Part shown: positions 54,948 to 62,378 of the stretch, piece by piece
How positions within the stretch are numbered: the first letter of the stretch is position 1
Layout: each line of letters opens with the position of its first letter
NCBI GenBank assembly: GCA_902800795.1
Contig: CADCFQ010000011.1
Location: 1,154-65,153, forward strand
Source: an uncultured Ruminococcus sp.
Lineage (GTDB): Bacteria > Bacillota > Clostridia > Oscillospirales > Ruminococcaceae
DNA: 64,000 bases
Reading direction: 5' to 3'
Made by a program: the position numbers and the translations under genes
The notes under the pieces: generated by a model
Told to the model about the DNA's origin: nothing
Database searches by the model: none
The model's input: the letters and a program-made list of their open reading frames with translations, nothing else

Positions 54948-55015
54948 ATTATATCTCCTATAATCAGGTTTTTGTGCATTTTCTAGTATTGTGATCCATC
55001 AAAGCAGTTTTTTTT

Positions 55016-55044
55016 AGTATACAATGGATACAGTAAAATGTCAA
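55016..55044 (-). promoter_or_regulatory. sigma-A type promoter of the wecE-like operon
   Basis: Minus strand TTGACA (55039-55044), 17-nt spacer, TATACT (55016-55021). Confidence 0.6.
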
Positions 55045-55170
55045 GCAAACTTGAATGAGTATTCGTTGTAAAAAAGTATCTTTTCTTTTTGATCGTCATC
55101 ACCTGCGACCGACATCCGGCGCCTGAAGCTGATCGATAAAATATGCGAAACCGGCAGACATGAAAGTTCC

Positions 55171-55256
55171 AGGCTCTGTTGGCAGCACCGTCTTTATCTA
55201 CATTGATCTTATAAGCTTTCAGACAGCGTAAATACGCTGTTTGGGAGTTTTTTGTT
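55171..55256 (+). repeat. decayed partial duplicate of tRNA-Leu (variable-arm segment) plus its terminator
   Basis: AGGCTCTGTTGGCAGCACCGTC (55171-55192) matches AGGTTCTATTGGCAACACCGTG (52615-52636) at 18 of 22 positions. The downstream hairpin CTTTCAGACAGCGTA-aa-TACGCTGTTTGGGAG plus T-run parallels the tRNA-Leu terminator. The exact 19-mer TGTTTGGGAGTTTTTTGTT is shared (55238-55256 and 52696-52714). Confidence 0.7.
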
Positions 55257-55345
55257 TTTATTGATGAGGGGCTTTGTCCGTTATGCCTTTGTGAATCTTG
55301 TTTTTCATCAGAGTAGTTTCACGAAAAATAATCCTCTTCCCCCCC

Positions 55346-55374
55346 TTGACAAGCTCGGGAAAAAGTGTTATATT
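55346..55374 (+). promoter_or_regulatory. sigma-A type promoter of the DUF3793-flavodoxin-DUF2325 operon
   Basis: TTGACA (55346-55351), 17-nt spacer ending in TGT, TATATT (55369-55374). A C7 run immediately precedes the -35 element. Confidence 0.65.
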
Positions 55375-55380
55375 ATATCT

Positions 55381-55431
55381 GTTAGTTATAACTAACTATT
55401 AATTTTGATACACGGTTAGCTATAACTAACC
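55381..55431. promoter_or_regulatory. two palindromic operator-like sites at and after the predicted transcription start
   Basis: GTTAGTTATAACTAAC (55381-55396) is a perfect 16-bp palindrome. GGTTAGCTATAACTAACC (55414-55431) has perfect arms. The centres are 34 bp apart. Confidence 0.6.
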
Positions 55432-55454
55432 AACGAACAAAACGGAGTGAGACT

Positions 55455-56018
55455 ATGTCGGCTGTTGAGATTTCAAGATTTGAAAAGGTCCTTGCTTTCC
55501 ATGCGGCGCCTACGCTTATGGGAATAAAGTGCGGAAGTCTGCTTTCGCTTTCCGGCGAGGAGTTCGACCTTTGTGCTTTGAGCAGACTTCTCGGCAGCCA
55601 GCTCGCTGACAGAGGTCTCAGAATAAGGCTCATACCTGTGGGCGAGAAGAGAAAGCTCATATATGTTTACAACGAGGAGCTGCTCAAAAGGAAGCAGAAC
55701 TGTATGGCGGTAAGGCAGTTTCTCAAGAAGTACGGCTACTCTCCCACAGCTTCGGCGGAGCAGTGGCTGGACAGGCTTTGTGAGCGGCTCTCGGAAGACG
55801 GTTTCCCTCACGAGATAGGCATATTCCTCGATTATCCGCTGGAGGATATCAAGGGGTTCATCGAAAACTGCGGACAGCACTGCAAGCTTTGCGGAGTATG
55901 GAAGGTCTACGGGGATGTCGAGCGTGCAAGGCGGATATTTGCGAAGTATTATCGCTGCCGCACAGAGCTTTGTTCGCAGCTTGAAAAGGGGAGAAGGCTC
56001 GCCGCCTGTGTGGCGTAG
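55455..56018 (+). CDS. DUF3793-family protein
   Basis: 187 aa. N-terminus FEKVLAFHAAPTLMGIKCGSLLSL and the Cys-containing block FIENCGQHCKLCGVWKVY, as I recall for DUF3793. GGAG RBS. Confidence 0.7.
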   Translation: MSAVEISRFEKVLAFHAAPTLMGIKCGSLLSLSGEEFDLCALSRLLGSQLADRGLRIRLIPVGEKRKLIYVYNEELLKRKQNCMAVRQFLKKYGYSPTASAEQWLDRLCERLSEDGFPHEIGIFLDYPLEDIKGFIENCGQHCKLCGVWKVYGDVERARRIFAKYYRCRTELCSQLEKGRRLAACVA

Positions 56019-56053
56019 CTTCTTATAGATAAAACTAATCTGGAGGTACATTT

Positions 56054-56458
56054 ATGAAAACAGCAGTTATTTATTGGAGCGCAACAGGAAACACCGAGGC
56101 TCTTGCCAGGGCAGCGGCAGAGGGTGCCGGTGTTACGGCACAGACAGTATCGGAGTTTTCGGACGACGTGAGCAGCTATGATGCGCTTGTGCTCGGCTGC
56201 CCCGCTATGGGAGCCGAGGTCCTTGAAGAGGATGAGTTCGAGCCGTTCTTCACAGGTATCGAGGGAAGTCTTTCGGGAAAGAAAGTTCTTCTCTTCGGTT
56301 CTTACGGCTGGGGCGACGGTGAGTGGATGAGAAACTGGCAGGAGCGTGCTGCCGCAGCAGGCGCAGAGCTTGTTGGCGGCGAGGGCTTTATTGTCAATGA
56401 AGCGCCCTCTGATGATGAGCTTGCAAAGATCAGGGCTCTGGCACAGACGCTTGCATAA
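56054..56458 (+). CDS. short-chain flavodoxin
   Basis: 134 aa. FMN phosphate loop IYWSATGNTE and the later GSYGWGDGEWM block. Confidence 0.9.
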   Translation: MKTAVIYWSATGNTEALARAAAEGAGVTAQTVSEFSDDVSSYDALVLGCPAMGAEVLEEDEFEPFFTGIEGSLSGKKVLLFGSYGWGDGEWMRNWQERAAAAGAELVGGEGFIVNEAPSDDELAKIRALAQTLA

Positions 56459-56515
56459 ACCAGACTAAGGCTTATCCCGAACAGGTGTCCGGGCCTTATA
56501 GAAAAGGAGACAAAA

Positions 56516-56800
56516 ATGAGTGTAGTGATCGTAGGCGGTAATGACCGCATGGCAGGAAGATACAAGGATATATGTACCGAGAACGGATGTAAGTCCAAGG
56601 TCTTCACCCAGATGCCGGCGGACTTTGAGAACAAGATCGGTTCTCCCGACCTGGTGGTGGTCTTTACGGGGACCTGTTCCCATAAAATGCTTGGCAGTGT
56701 AAAGCGCCATACCGTAAGATCGGGCACACCAGTAAAACACCTTCACAGTTCAAGCGCCAGCGCTCTGAAGGCTCTGCTCTCGGAGTATGTCCCGGGATGA
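56516..56800 (+). CDS. DUF2325-family small protein
   Basis: 94 aa. VVIVGGNDRM...DLVVVFTGTCSHKM pattern, as I recall for DUF2325. AAGGAG RBS. Confidence 0.65.
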   Translation: MSVVIVGGNDRMAGRYKDICTENGCKSKVFTQMPADFENKIGSPDLVVVFTGTCSHKMLGSVKRHTVRSGTPVKHLHSSSASALKALLSEYVPG

Positions 56801-56830
56801 CAGGGATCCCAAGCGCTTGCGACCCGGCTG

Positions 56831-56867
56831 AACAAACATCCCCCGGCTCTGCCGGGGGATGTTTGTT
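56831..56867. terminator. bidirectional Rho-independent terminator
   Basis: Hairpin AACAAACATCCCCCGG-ctctg-CCGGGGGATGTTTGTT. Confidence 0.85.
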
Positions 56868-56903
56868 TATGATCACATGATCTGTTTTATGTGCCTTCAC
56901 TGA

Positions 56904-57935
56904 TCAGAGTTTTTTTAATGTAACAAGATCGCTGCGGATCGTCTTCATACAAGCAAGTATCTCCTCGGTCCGGTTGCTGCTTATCAGCTCTCTCAGGTTC
57001 CCATCGTGATAACTCATTCTCCCGTTCTCAAATGCAGTTATTAACGCACGAAAACCGGGCAGAGCTTCCATCTGCTTATCTGTAAACGGCCGGATACTAT
57101 TATAGCCGTTAAGGAAAGCTGACAGGATCTCCTGCTCTCTGTCGGCAGAGGCATCATCCTTGTAATCCATAAGTGTTGCTTCAAATACGGCTTGCATTAC
57201 TGCGTCGTAGAACAGCACATTATCTCCGCTGTTATTAAAATCAAACACACCGATCTTTCCCTCGGCCGTTAAATACAGATTACAAAGACTTATATCACCC
57301 TGAACAGCATAGCGACGCTCGTCCTTGAATATTGATACTCTTTTCAAATAACTGTCGGTTATCTTCTCTATCTCGTCATAAAGAAACGGGTCGATCGCTC
57401 TCAGCCTTTCCTTGTTATCTGAAAAAACGGAAATATCAAAAAGGTCATTTCTGTCAAGAGGATCAAACAGTGTTTTCAAGCCGAGTTTCAGTTCATCCTG
57501 CTCAGATATGTTATGCATCCTTGCAAGCAGCTGCCCGGTCAAACAGGCCGTTTCATTGTCAACGACCCTGACTTCATTCTCGCAGAAGTCTTCTGCAGTT
57601 ACAATAACGTCATAGCCGTTTATGCAGTATCTTTTTGCGAATTTTCCGCCGTTACAGTAATTGTGAGGAGTTATGATACCTTTAGACAAAAGCGTTTCTG
57701 CAAAGCGGCTCTGCGCTTCGACTATTTCTTCATTAACATTGTTCTCGTTTTTAAAGCGCATAACAACGGGAGAACGCCCTTCAAGATCAACTCTGATGAT
57801 AAGCCTTACATTCTTTGATCCGGCATTGTTTCCATCATAATCATAACGCTGCAGCTCGCTGAACCCTGTTGCATTTTCGCCTATAGAATAATCAAGCAAT
57901 ATTTTACTGATGTCCGATAACGATATTTTAAACAT
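56904..57935 (-). CDS. protein-kinase-like phosphotransferase (APH/ChoK/CotS-type)
   Basis: 343 aa. Catalytic-loop-like QGDISLCNLYL and metal-binding VFDFNNSG in the usual order and spacing for the aminoglycoside/choline kinase fold. Substrate unknown. Confidence 0.7.
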   Translation of the reverse strand: MFKISLSDISKILLDYSIGENATGFSELQRYDYDGNNAGSKNVRLIIRVDLEGRSPVVMRFKNENNVNEEIVEAQSRFAETLLSKGIITPHNYCNGGKFAKRYCINGYDVIVTAEDFCENEVRVVDNETACLTGQLLARMHNISEQDELKLGLKTLFDPLDRNDLFDISVFSDNKERLRAIDPFLYDEIEKITDSYLKRVSIFKDERRYAVQGDISLCNLYLTAEGKIGVFDFNNSGDNVLFYDAVMQAVFEATLMDYKDDASADREQEILSAFLNGYNSIRPFTDKQMEALPGFRALITAFENGRMSYHDGNLRELISSNRTEEILACMKTIRSDLVTLKKL

Positions 57936-58059
57936 TTTTACTCTCCATTGATCCCGATCAACTCTTATGTCTCATCTGACCTCATACATCGTCACTGCCG
58001 TATAACGCACGCTCTTTGTCAAAGGTTTGTTTTTGATCTGTTTCATAGATCTTGCACCT

Positions 58060-58455
58060 TTATTCTGTGCTCTTTTTCATTTCACGACTTTTTCTTCTTT
58101 GTTCACGGTTTTGCTTTTCGGACTCGAACAGTTCAACAGCTGCATCCGTAAGCTCATCCGGCCAGACCTTTCCGTTCTCGACAACATCTGCCCACGGAGC
58201 TATGGTCTCATAGTCGTGGTCAAAAATAACAGTGTAAGGCGGTCCGCAGCGGTCATCGACGGACATATACAGATGCCGTCCCTTGCTTATGGCTCTGACA
58301 GCGTCATCATGACTTGTTTCTTCACTAAGACTGCGGTAGATCTCATCGGTTATCTCGTACAGCTTATAATTCCTGAAATCACCGTATTGAGCCGTATAAC
58401 GGCCGGTCTCTTCATCATAACAAGCCTTCCAGTAGTTTCCTTTTTTGAATTGCAT
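58060..58455 (-). CDS. hypothetical protein
   Basis: Start moved to ATG 58455 (GAGGTG RBS). 131 aa with an acidic/basic C-terminal tail. No family recognised. Confidence 0.5.
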   Translation of the reverse strand: MQFKKGNYWKACYDEETGRYTAQYGDFRNYKLYEITDEIYRSLSEETSHDDAVRAISKGRHLYMSVDDRCGPPYTVIFDHDYETIAPWADVVENGKVWPDELTDAAVELFESEKQNREQRRKSREMKKSTE

Positions 58456-58735
58456 CCTTATCACCTCGCATGGATTATGATGGTTTTCTTCGCTTGAAGT
58501 GTATTCGCTTATATACCCGATCAGTATTTGATACATTATAGCATATCGGGGATAAATAGTCAATCAATGCTAAACAGACAGGCTGCATCTTTATAGCTTT
58601 ATGCGGAGTGTATAACTGTACATATTATTGTACAGTTTGCGATCGGAAACAGATATATCCCGGGGCGCTGCTGCCGTAGAAAGCCGGCAGATCAGGGGAA
58701 CAGAAAAAGAACTTGATAAAAACGAGAGAAAACGC

Positions 58736-58764
58736 TTGACAAACGTCCGTGAAAGTGCTATAAT
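58736..58764 (+). promoter_or_regulatory. consensus sigma-A promoter of tRNA-Pro
   Basis: TTGACA (58736-58741), 17-nt spacer, TATAAT (58759-58764). Confidence 0.8.
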
Positions 58765-58778
58765 ATCATAGTACTTTT

Positions 58779-58855
58779 CGAGGTGTGGCTCAGTTTGGTA
58801 GAGCGCTGCGTTCGGGACGCAGAGGCCGTGGGTTCAAGTCCCGTCACCTCGACCA
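58779..58855 (+). tRNA. tRNA-Pro (anticodon CGG), CCA encoded
   Basis: Cloverleaf by hand: acceptor CGAGGTG/CACCTCG, D-arm GCTC-AGTTTGGTA-GAGC, anticodon arm CTGCG-TTCGGGA-CGCAG, T-arm GTGGG-TTCAAGT-CCCGT, discriminator A plus CCA. Confidence 0.9.
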
Positions 58856-60453
58856 GAAATCTCCGCAGTAAGGGCATAAACGCCCTCGCTGCGGAATTTT
58901 TTTATGAGCTTTTGCCTTATGTAATCGGGAAGTGCATTGATATACACTTCCACATAGTCGTCATAGACCAGTACCTTGTCAAGATAAAGGTTTATGAGCT
59001 GACGTTTGGTCTCGTAATCGCCCTGCAGGAACAGCTCCCTCGCTTTGATATACGCAGCCTTGACCTCATCCTCTGTGAGGACGGATGTGCGCATATTGCT
59101 CTCGGCGGCGATCAGCTCGCTTTCCAGCTTCGCCTTCTCCGCTTCCAGACCTTCGAGGGCATTTACAAGCGTGGGGCTGCCTGTCGTCGAGATCACCTGT
59201 ATGATATTTGCTATCTTCTGTTCGCAGACCTTTATCGCTGCGCGGATAGCTTTCAGCTCATCGGTCGCTCCGCTTTTGCGCTGTGCGTAAGCATCCTGAT
59301 AGCTTCTGACCAGTGCCGGGATCCTGTCATCAGCAAGCACCACCCGCAGTATCTCCCTCAGCACATAGTCCTCAATGTACTCCATTCTTATCTCTTTTGT
59401 CTTGCAGTCCAGCCCCGAGTGGTTGGATTTTTTTGAGCAGGAATACGATGAATACCGTGCGTGATTTTTGCCTGCATACCTTGTGCTCCCGCAGTAGGTG
59501 CTGCCGCAGTTCCCGCAGAATATCTTGCCTGTCAGCAGATAGGCTCTTATCTTTCTTCCGCTGTAATCCTTCAGCCTCCTGCGTGATACGATCAGCTTGT
59601 TTACGTTGTTCCACAGCTCATCGTCAACTATCCTCGGCATACCGCCCTCGATGCGGACGATCTCATCATCGAATTTGCTCGCACGGCTGTTGTATCTTCC
59701 CATAGCATCCTTTGATGCGCGCCGGTTGTAGATATACACACCTCTGTACTTCTCATTTTTCAGCATCTCGTGTATCAGATTTTTTCCGAAGGGATTGCCG
59801 TCACGGGTGCGGAAGCCCTGCCTGTCAAGCTCCTTGATGATATAATCATAGCTCTTGCCCTGGCTGATGCTTTCAAACATAAACCTCACCGCACGGGCTT
59901 CTTCCTCGACTATCTCATAGGTCTGCGTTTCCTTGTTGACCTTGAATCCGAAGGGAGGACGCCCGCCGTTTGATTTGCATTTGAGAGCATTTTCGTTCAG
60001 ACCTTTCATTACCTCTCTCGCAAGGTTTTTTGAGTAGTACTCCGCCATCCCCTCGATCAGCGATTCCATAATTACACTCTCCGGCGAGTCATCAAAGTTT
60101 TCAAGCACGCTCACCACAGTCACGTTGTTGCATTTGAGTATGCTCTTGTAGTTGAGACTGTCACGCCTGTTCCGTGAGAAGCGGTCGCTCTTGTGAACAA
60201 GAACGATGTTGAACGTTCCCTGCTTTGAGTCTGCTATCATTCTCTGGAACTCGGGGCGGTCATCGGTGGTGGCTGACCTTGCCCTGTCGATATACTCACC
60301 GACGATTGCGATCTCGTTGTCCTGACAGTATTTTGTCATCGCTCTGATCTGAGCTTCAACACTTTCGTCACGCTGATTGTCCGACGAGTACCTTGCATAC
60401 ATCACCGCCTTCGGGATCATTCCCCTTGCTTTCATCTGCTCTACAATTTTCAT
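58834..60453 (-). CDS. large serine recombinase (resolvase/invertase N-domain, recombinase domain, zinc ribbon, coiled coil)
   Basis: Catalytic region AVMYARYSSDNQRDES, then DRFSRN and a Cys cluster CGNCGSTYCG...YSCSKK. Start is ATG 60453 (or GTG 60459). The stop codon (58834-58836) lies inside tRNA-Pro. Confidence 0.9.
   Translation of the reverse strand: MKIVEQMKARGMIPKAVMYARYSSDNQRDESVEAQIRAMTKYCQDNEIAIVGEYIDRARSATTDDRPEFQRMIADSKQGTFNIVLVHKSDRFSRNRRDSLNYKSILKCNNVTVVSVLENFDDSPESVIMESLIEGMAEYYSKNLAREVMKGLNENALKCKSNGGRPPFGFKVNKETQTYEIVEEEARAVRFMFESISQGKSYDYIIKELDRQGFRTRDGNPFGKNLIHEMLKNEKYRGVYIYNRRASKDAMGRYNSRASKFDDEIVRIEGGMPRIVDDELWNNVNKLIVSRRRLKDYSGRKIRAYLLTGKIFCGNCGSTYCGSTRYAGKNHARYSSYSCSKKSNHSGLDCKTKEIRMEYIEDYVLREILRVVLADDRIPALVRSYQDAYAQRKSGATDELKAIRAAIKVCEQKIANIIQVISTTGSPTLVNALEGLEAEKAKLESELIAAESNMRTSVLTEDEVKAAYIKARELFLQGDYETKRQLINLYLDKVLVYDDYVEVYINALPDYIRQKLIKKFRSEGVYALTAEISGRGDGT
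58862..58903 (+). terminator. Rho-independent terminator of tRNA-Pro (lies inside the 3' end of the recombinase ORF on the other strand)
   Basis: Hairpin TCCGCAG-taAGGGCataaacGCCCTcg-CTGCGGA followed by AATTTTTTT. Confidence 0.8.
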
Positions 60454-60628
60454 CAGCACCAGTCCTTTCCAGAATTTTATCTATCATTTCAGCGAGTGCC
60501 AGCCTGTCATCGACGCTGTTCACCTCATCAGTAACAGTACGGTCAAAGATAAGCTCGCTGTTCTTTTTGTAATGGTCGTACAGTTCTTTCCTGCCGACCG
60601 TCAGCTTTATAACTTTGTATCTCATCAT
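60368..60628 (-). CDS. small hypothetical protein upstream of and overlapping the recombinase gene
   Basis: 86-aa ORF with a TGAGGAA RBS. The first ~55 aa look protein-like (MRYKVIKLTVGRKELYDHYKKNSELIF...). The tail overlaps the recombinase start out of frame. Confidence 0.45.
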   Translation of the reverse strand: MMRYKVIKLTVGRKELYDHYKKNSELIFDRTVTDEVNSVDDRLALAEMIDKILERTGADENCRADESKGNDPEGGDVCKVLVGQSA

Positions 60629-60935
60629 ATTTCCTCACTGTACATACTATCACTTTGTGTTCCGAATAGCTATCATCAATGTTGACAGATTATTCTGTCG
60701 GGTTTTGTGCAGTTCGGAACTACCGTTTCGGTATATCCGAACTTGAAGTCCTGTTCCGGGATTGCGTCTTGACTACTGTAACGGTACCCGAGGTCAATAC
60801 CAAAACGGTATTGAGTATGCCCCGAAACAGGGTACACCGAATTCCCAATTTGTGAACTCAGTCCTGATTTGGGACTTAGTTGACCGAACGATTTGTTCTG
60901 TCAGGAGACCCCGTCACTGTTTGTTACTCGGTCTC

Positions 60936-62378
60936 TTACATCATCATCTCCACCTCGCTTTCTTCAAGCTCCACATCCTCGGCTTCGTATTCTTCCTCGC
61001 TCTCGACCTGCCCAGCTTTCATTTCCTCCAGCATCTCTGACAGTATCTTTATCGCCTCTATCGCAATGCCGATGAGTAACCCGGCATTCTGCGCTGCACG
61101 GATGCTGTCTATATATCTCTCCATTTCCTCCGGGTCGGTGGGCGCACCGTCGATTATCGAAGCCAGATTTGTAACGCCGTCGATAATATCAAGAGCACCG
61201 ATTGTGACGCAAGGAGCAGCTTCATAAACCTGCGCCTGTCTTTCTGCGAGCATTCTTCTTGCTGCTTTAGCATTGAGGAGCACGCTTCGCTCAGGCTCCC
61301 AGCCTGTGATAACAAGTCCGTCATTGCCGACGAGGTGGTCGCTGTTATCTGATTTTGTATTTCCTGACAAGTGTTCTGCTCCTGCTCCGCTATCTCTGTC
61401 AGCTGATCTAAATACTTCTGCATCTGTGCCGTTGTCATTGATTTTGATAATATCTTCCTCATCGTATCCTGCGACTCCGAAAGATTTTGCAGCAGACCTA
61501 TCAGCGCCAGCCAGTTCCGCTCCGTGATTTGTGCGAACGTGACCGGCTGCGCTGCCTCCTGCAGCAAGGGCTTGTTCTTCTCCATTAAGGAGTCGAGCTC
61601 TGATCTTGAATTCATTTTCCATTGCCTCCTTCAAAAACTTTTCATTGAGCAGGCGGCGGTCTCTGAATGAGTACCTGCTCGGCATAACATAGGTTATGTG
61701 CTTGTGATTGTCTTTCCATTTCACGCTGATGCCGTATCTGTTTTTCATCAGCCGGCAGAAGTGTTTCTTCGATTTTGCCTCTTTCATACAGTCGGTGATA
61801 GCAAACAGCAACTGCATTTTGACGCTCTGACCTTTCTCTGCGCAGCGGTGTTCACGGTCAGACATTTTGGAAACCTTACGTTGTTTCAGCTTCGGTTCCG
61901 GGTCAGCGAGAACGGGTTCATCATATTTCCGGCATATCTCATCGGAAAGATTCATCAGTTTCTTCACGCTGTCAAGGTTAGAATGATATTTCTTCCCCGT
62001 GTCAAAGCTGACCGAGTTGAACACTATGTGGCTGTGAATATGCTCCCTGTCGATGTGAGTGGCGACCACACATTCATACTGTCCGAAGGCTCGCTCTGCA
62101 AACTCACAGGCGATCTGATGAGCCTTCTCAGGCGTGATATCATTTCCTTTCGGAAAGCTCTGCACCAGATGATAGTACTGCCGTCCGTCGGTCTTGTCAT
62201 AGAGCTGTTTGGTCAGACGCATTTCTTCGTAAGCTGTCTGCGGCGAACAGTTTATCCCAGTGACGTAGCGGCGATCTTCCCGGACGGTTTTCTTCTCCTG
62301 CGAGACATAGCCAAGCACCGTTTTCATACCGCCAGAGCTCTGCGTTTTGCAATTCACAAAGTGAATTATCGGCATCAT
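60936..62378 (-). CDS. MobA/VirD2-family relaxase (mobilisation nuclease)
   Basis: 480 aa. The N-terminal relaxase domain has YHLVQSF and the His triad HIDREHIHSHIVFNSV. It overlaps mobC by 4 nt. Acidic C-terminus. Confidence 0.88.
   Translation of the reverse strand: MMPIIHFVNCKTQSSGGMKTVLGYVSQEKKTVREDRRYVTGINCSPQTAYEEMRLTKQLYDKTDGRQYYHLVQSFPKGNDITPEKAHQIACEFAERAFGQYECVVATHIDREHIHSHIVFNSVSFDTGKKYHSNLDSVKKLMNLSDEICRKYDEPVLADPEPKLKQRKVSKMSDREHRCAEKGQSVKMQLLFAITDCMKEAKSKKHFCRLMKNRYGISVKWKDNHKHITYVMPSRYSFRDRRLLNEKFLKEAMENEFKIRARLLNGEEQALAAGGSAAGHVRTNHGAELAGADRSAAKSFGVAGYDEEDIIKINDNGTDAEVFRSADRDSGAGAEHLSGNTKSDNSDHLVGNDGLVITGWEPERSVLLNAKAARRMLAERQAQVYEAAPCVTIGALDIIDGVTNLASIIDGAPTDPEEMERYIDSIRAAQNAGLLIGIAIEAIKILSEMLEEMKAGQVESEEEYEAEDVELEESEVEMMM

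Noticed and set aside
55090-55170. GC-richer stretch between the wecE-like promoter and the tRNA-Leu remnant, considered as a pseudogene fragment.
   Set aside because: All six frames give only short, unrecognisable peptides. I cannot support a specific gene remnant beyond the tRNA-like 22-mer further downstream.
55381-55431. Fur, PerR or Rex box upstream of the flavodoxin operon.
   Set aside because: The palindrome GTTAGYTATAACTAAC does not resemble the 7-1-7 Fur/PerR consensus (TGATAATnATTATCA-like) or the Rex box (TTGTGAAnnnnTTCACAA). I kept it as an unassigned operator.
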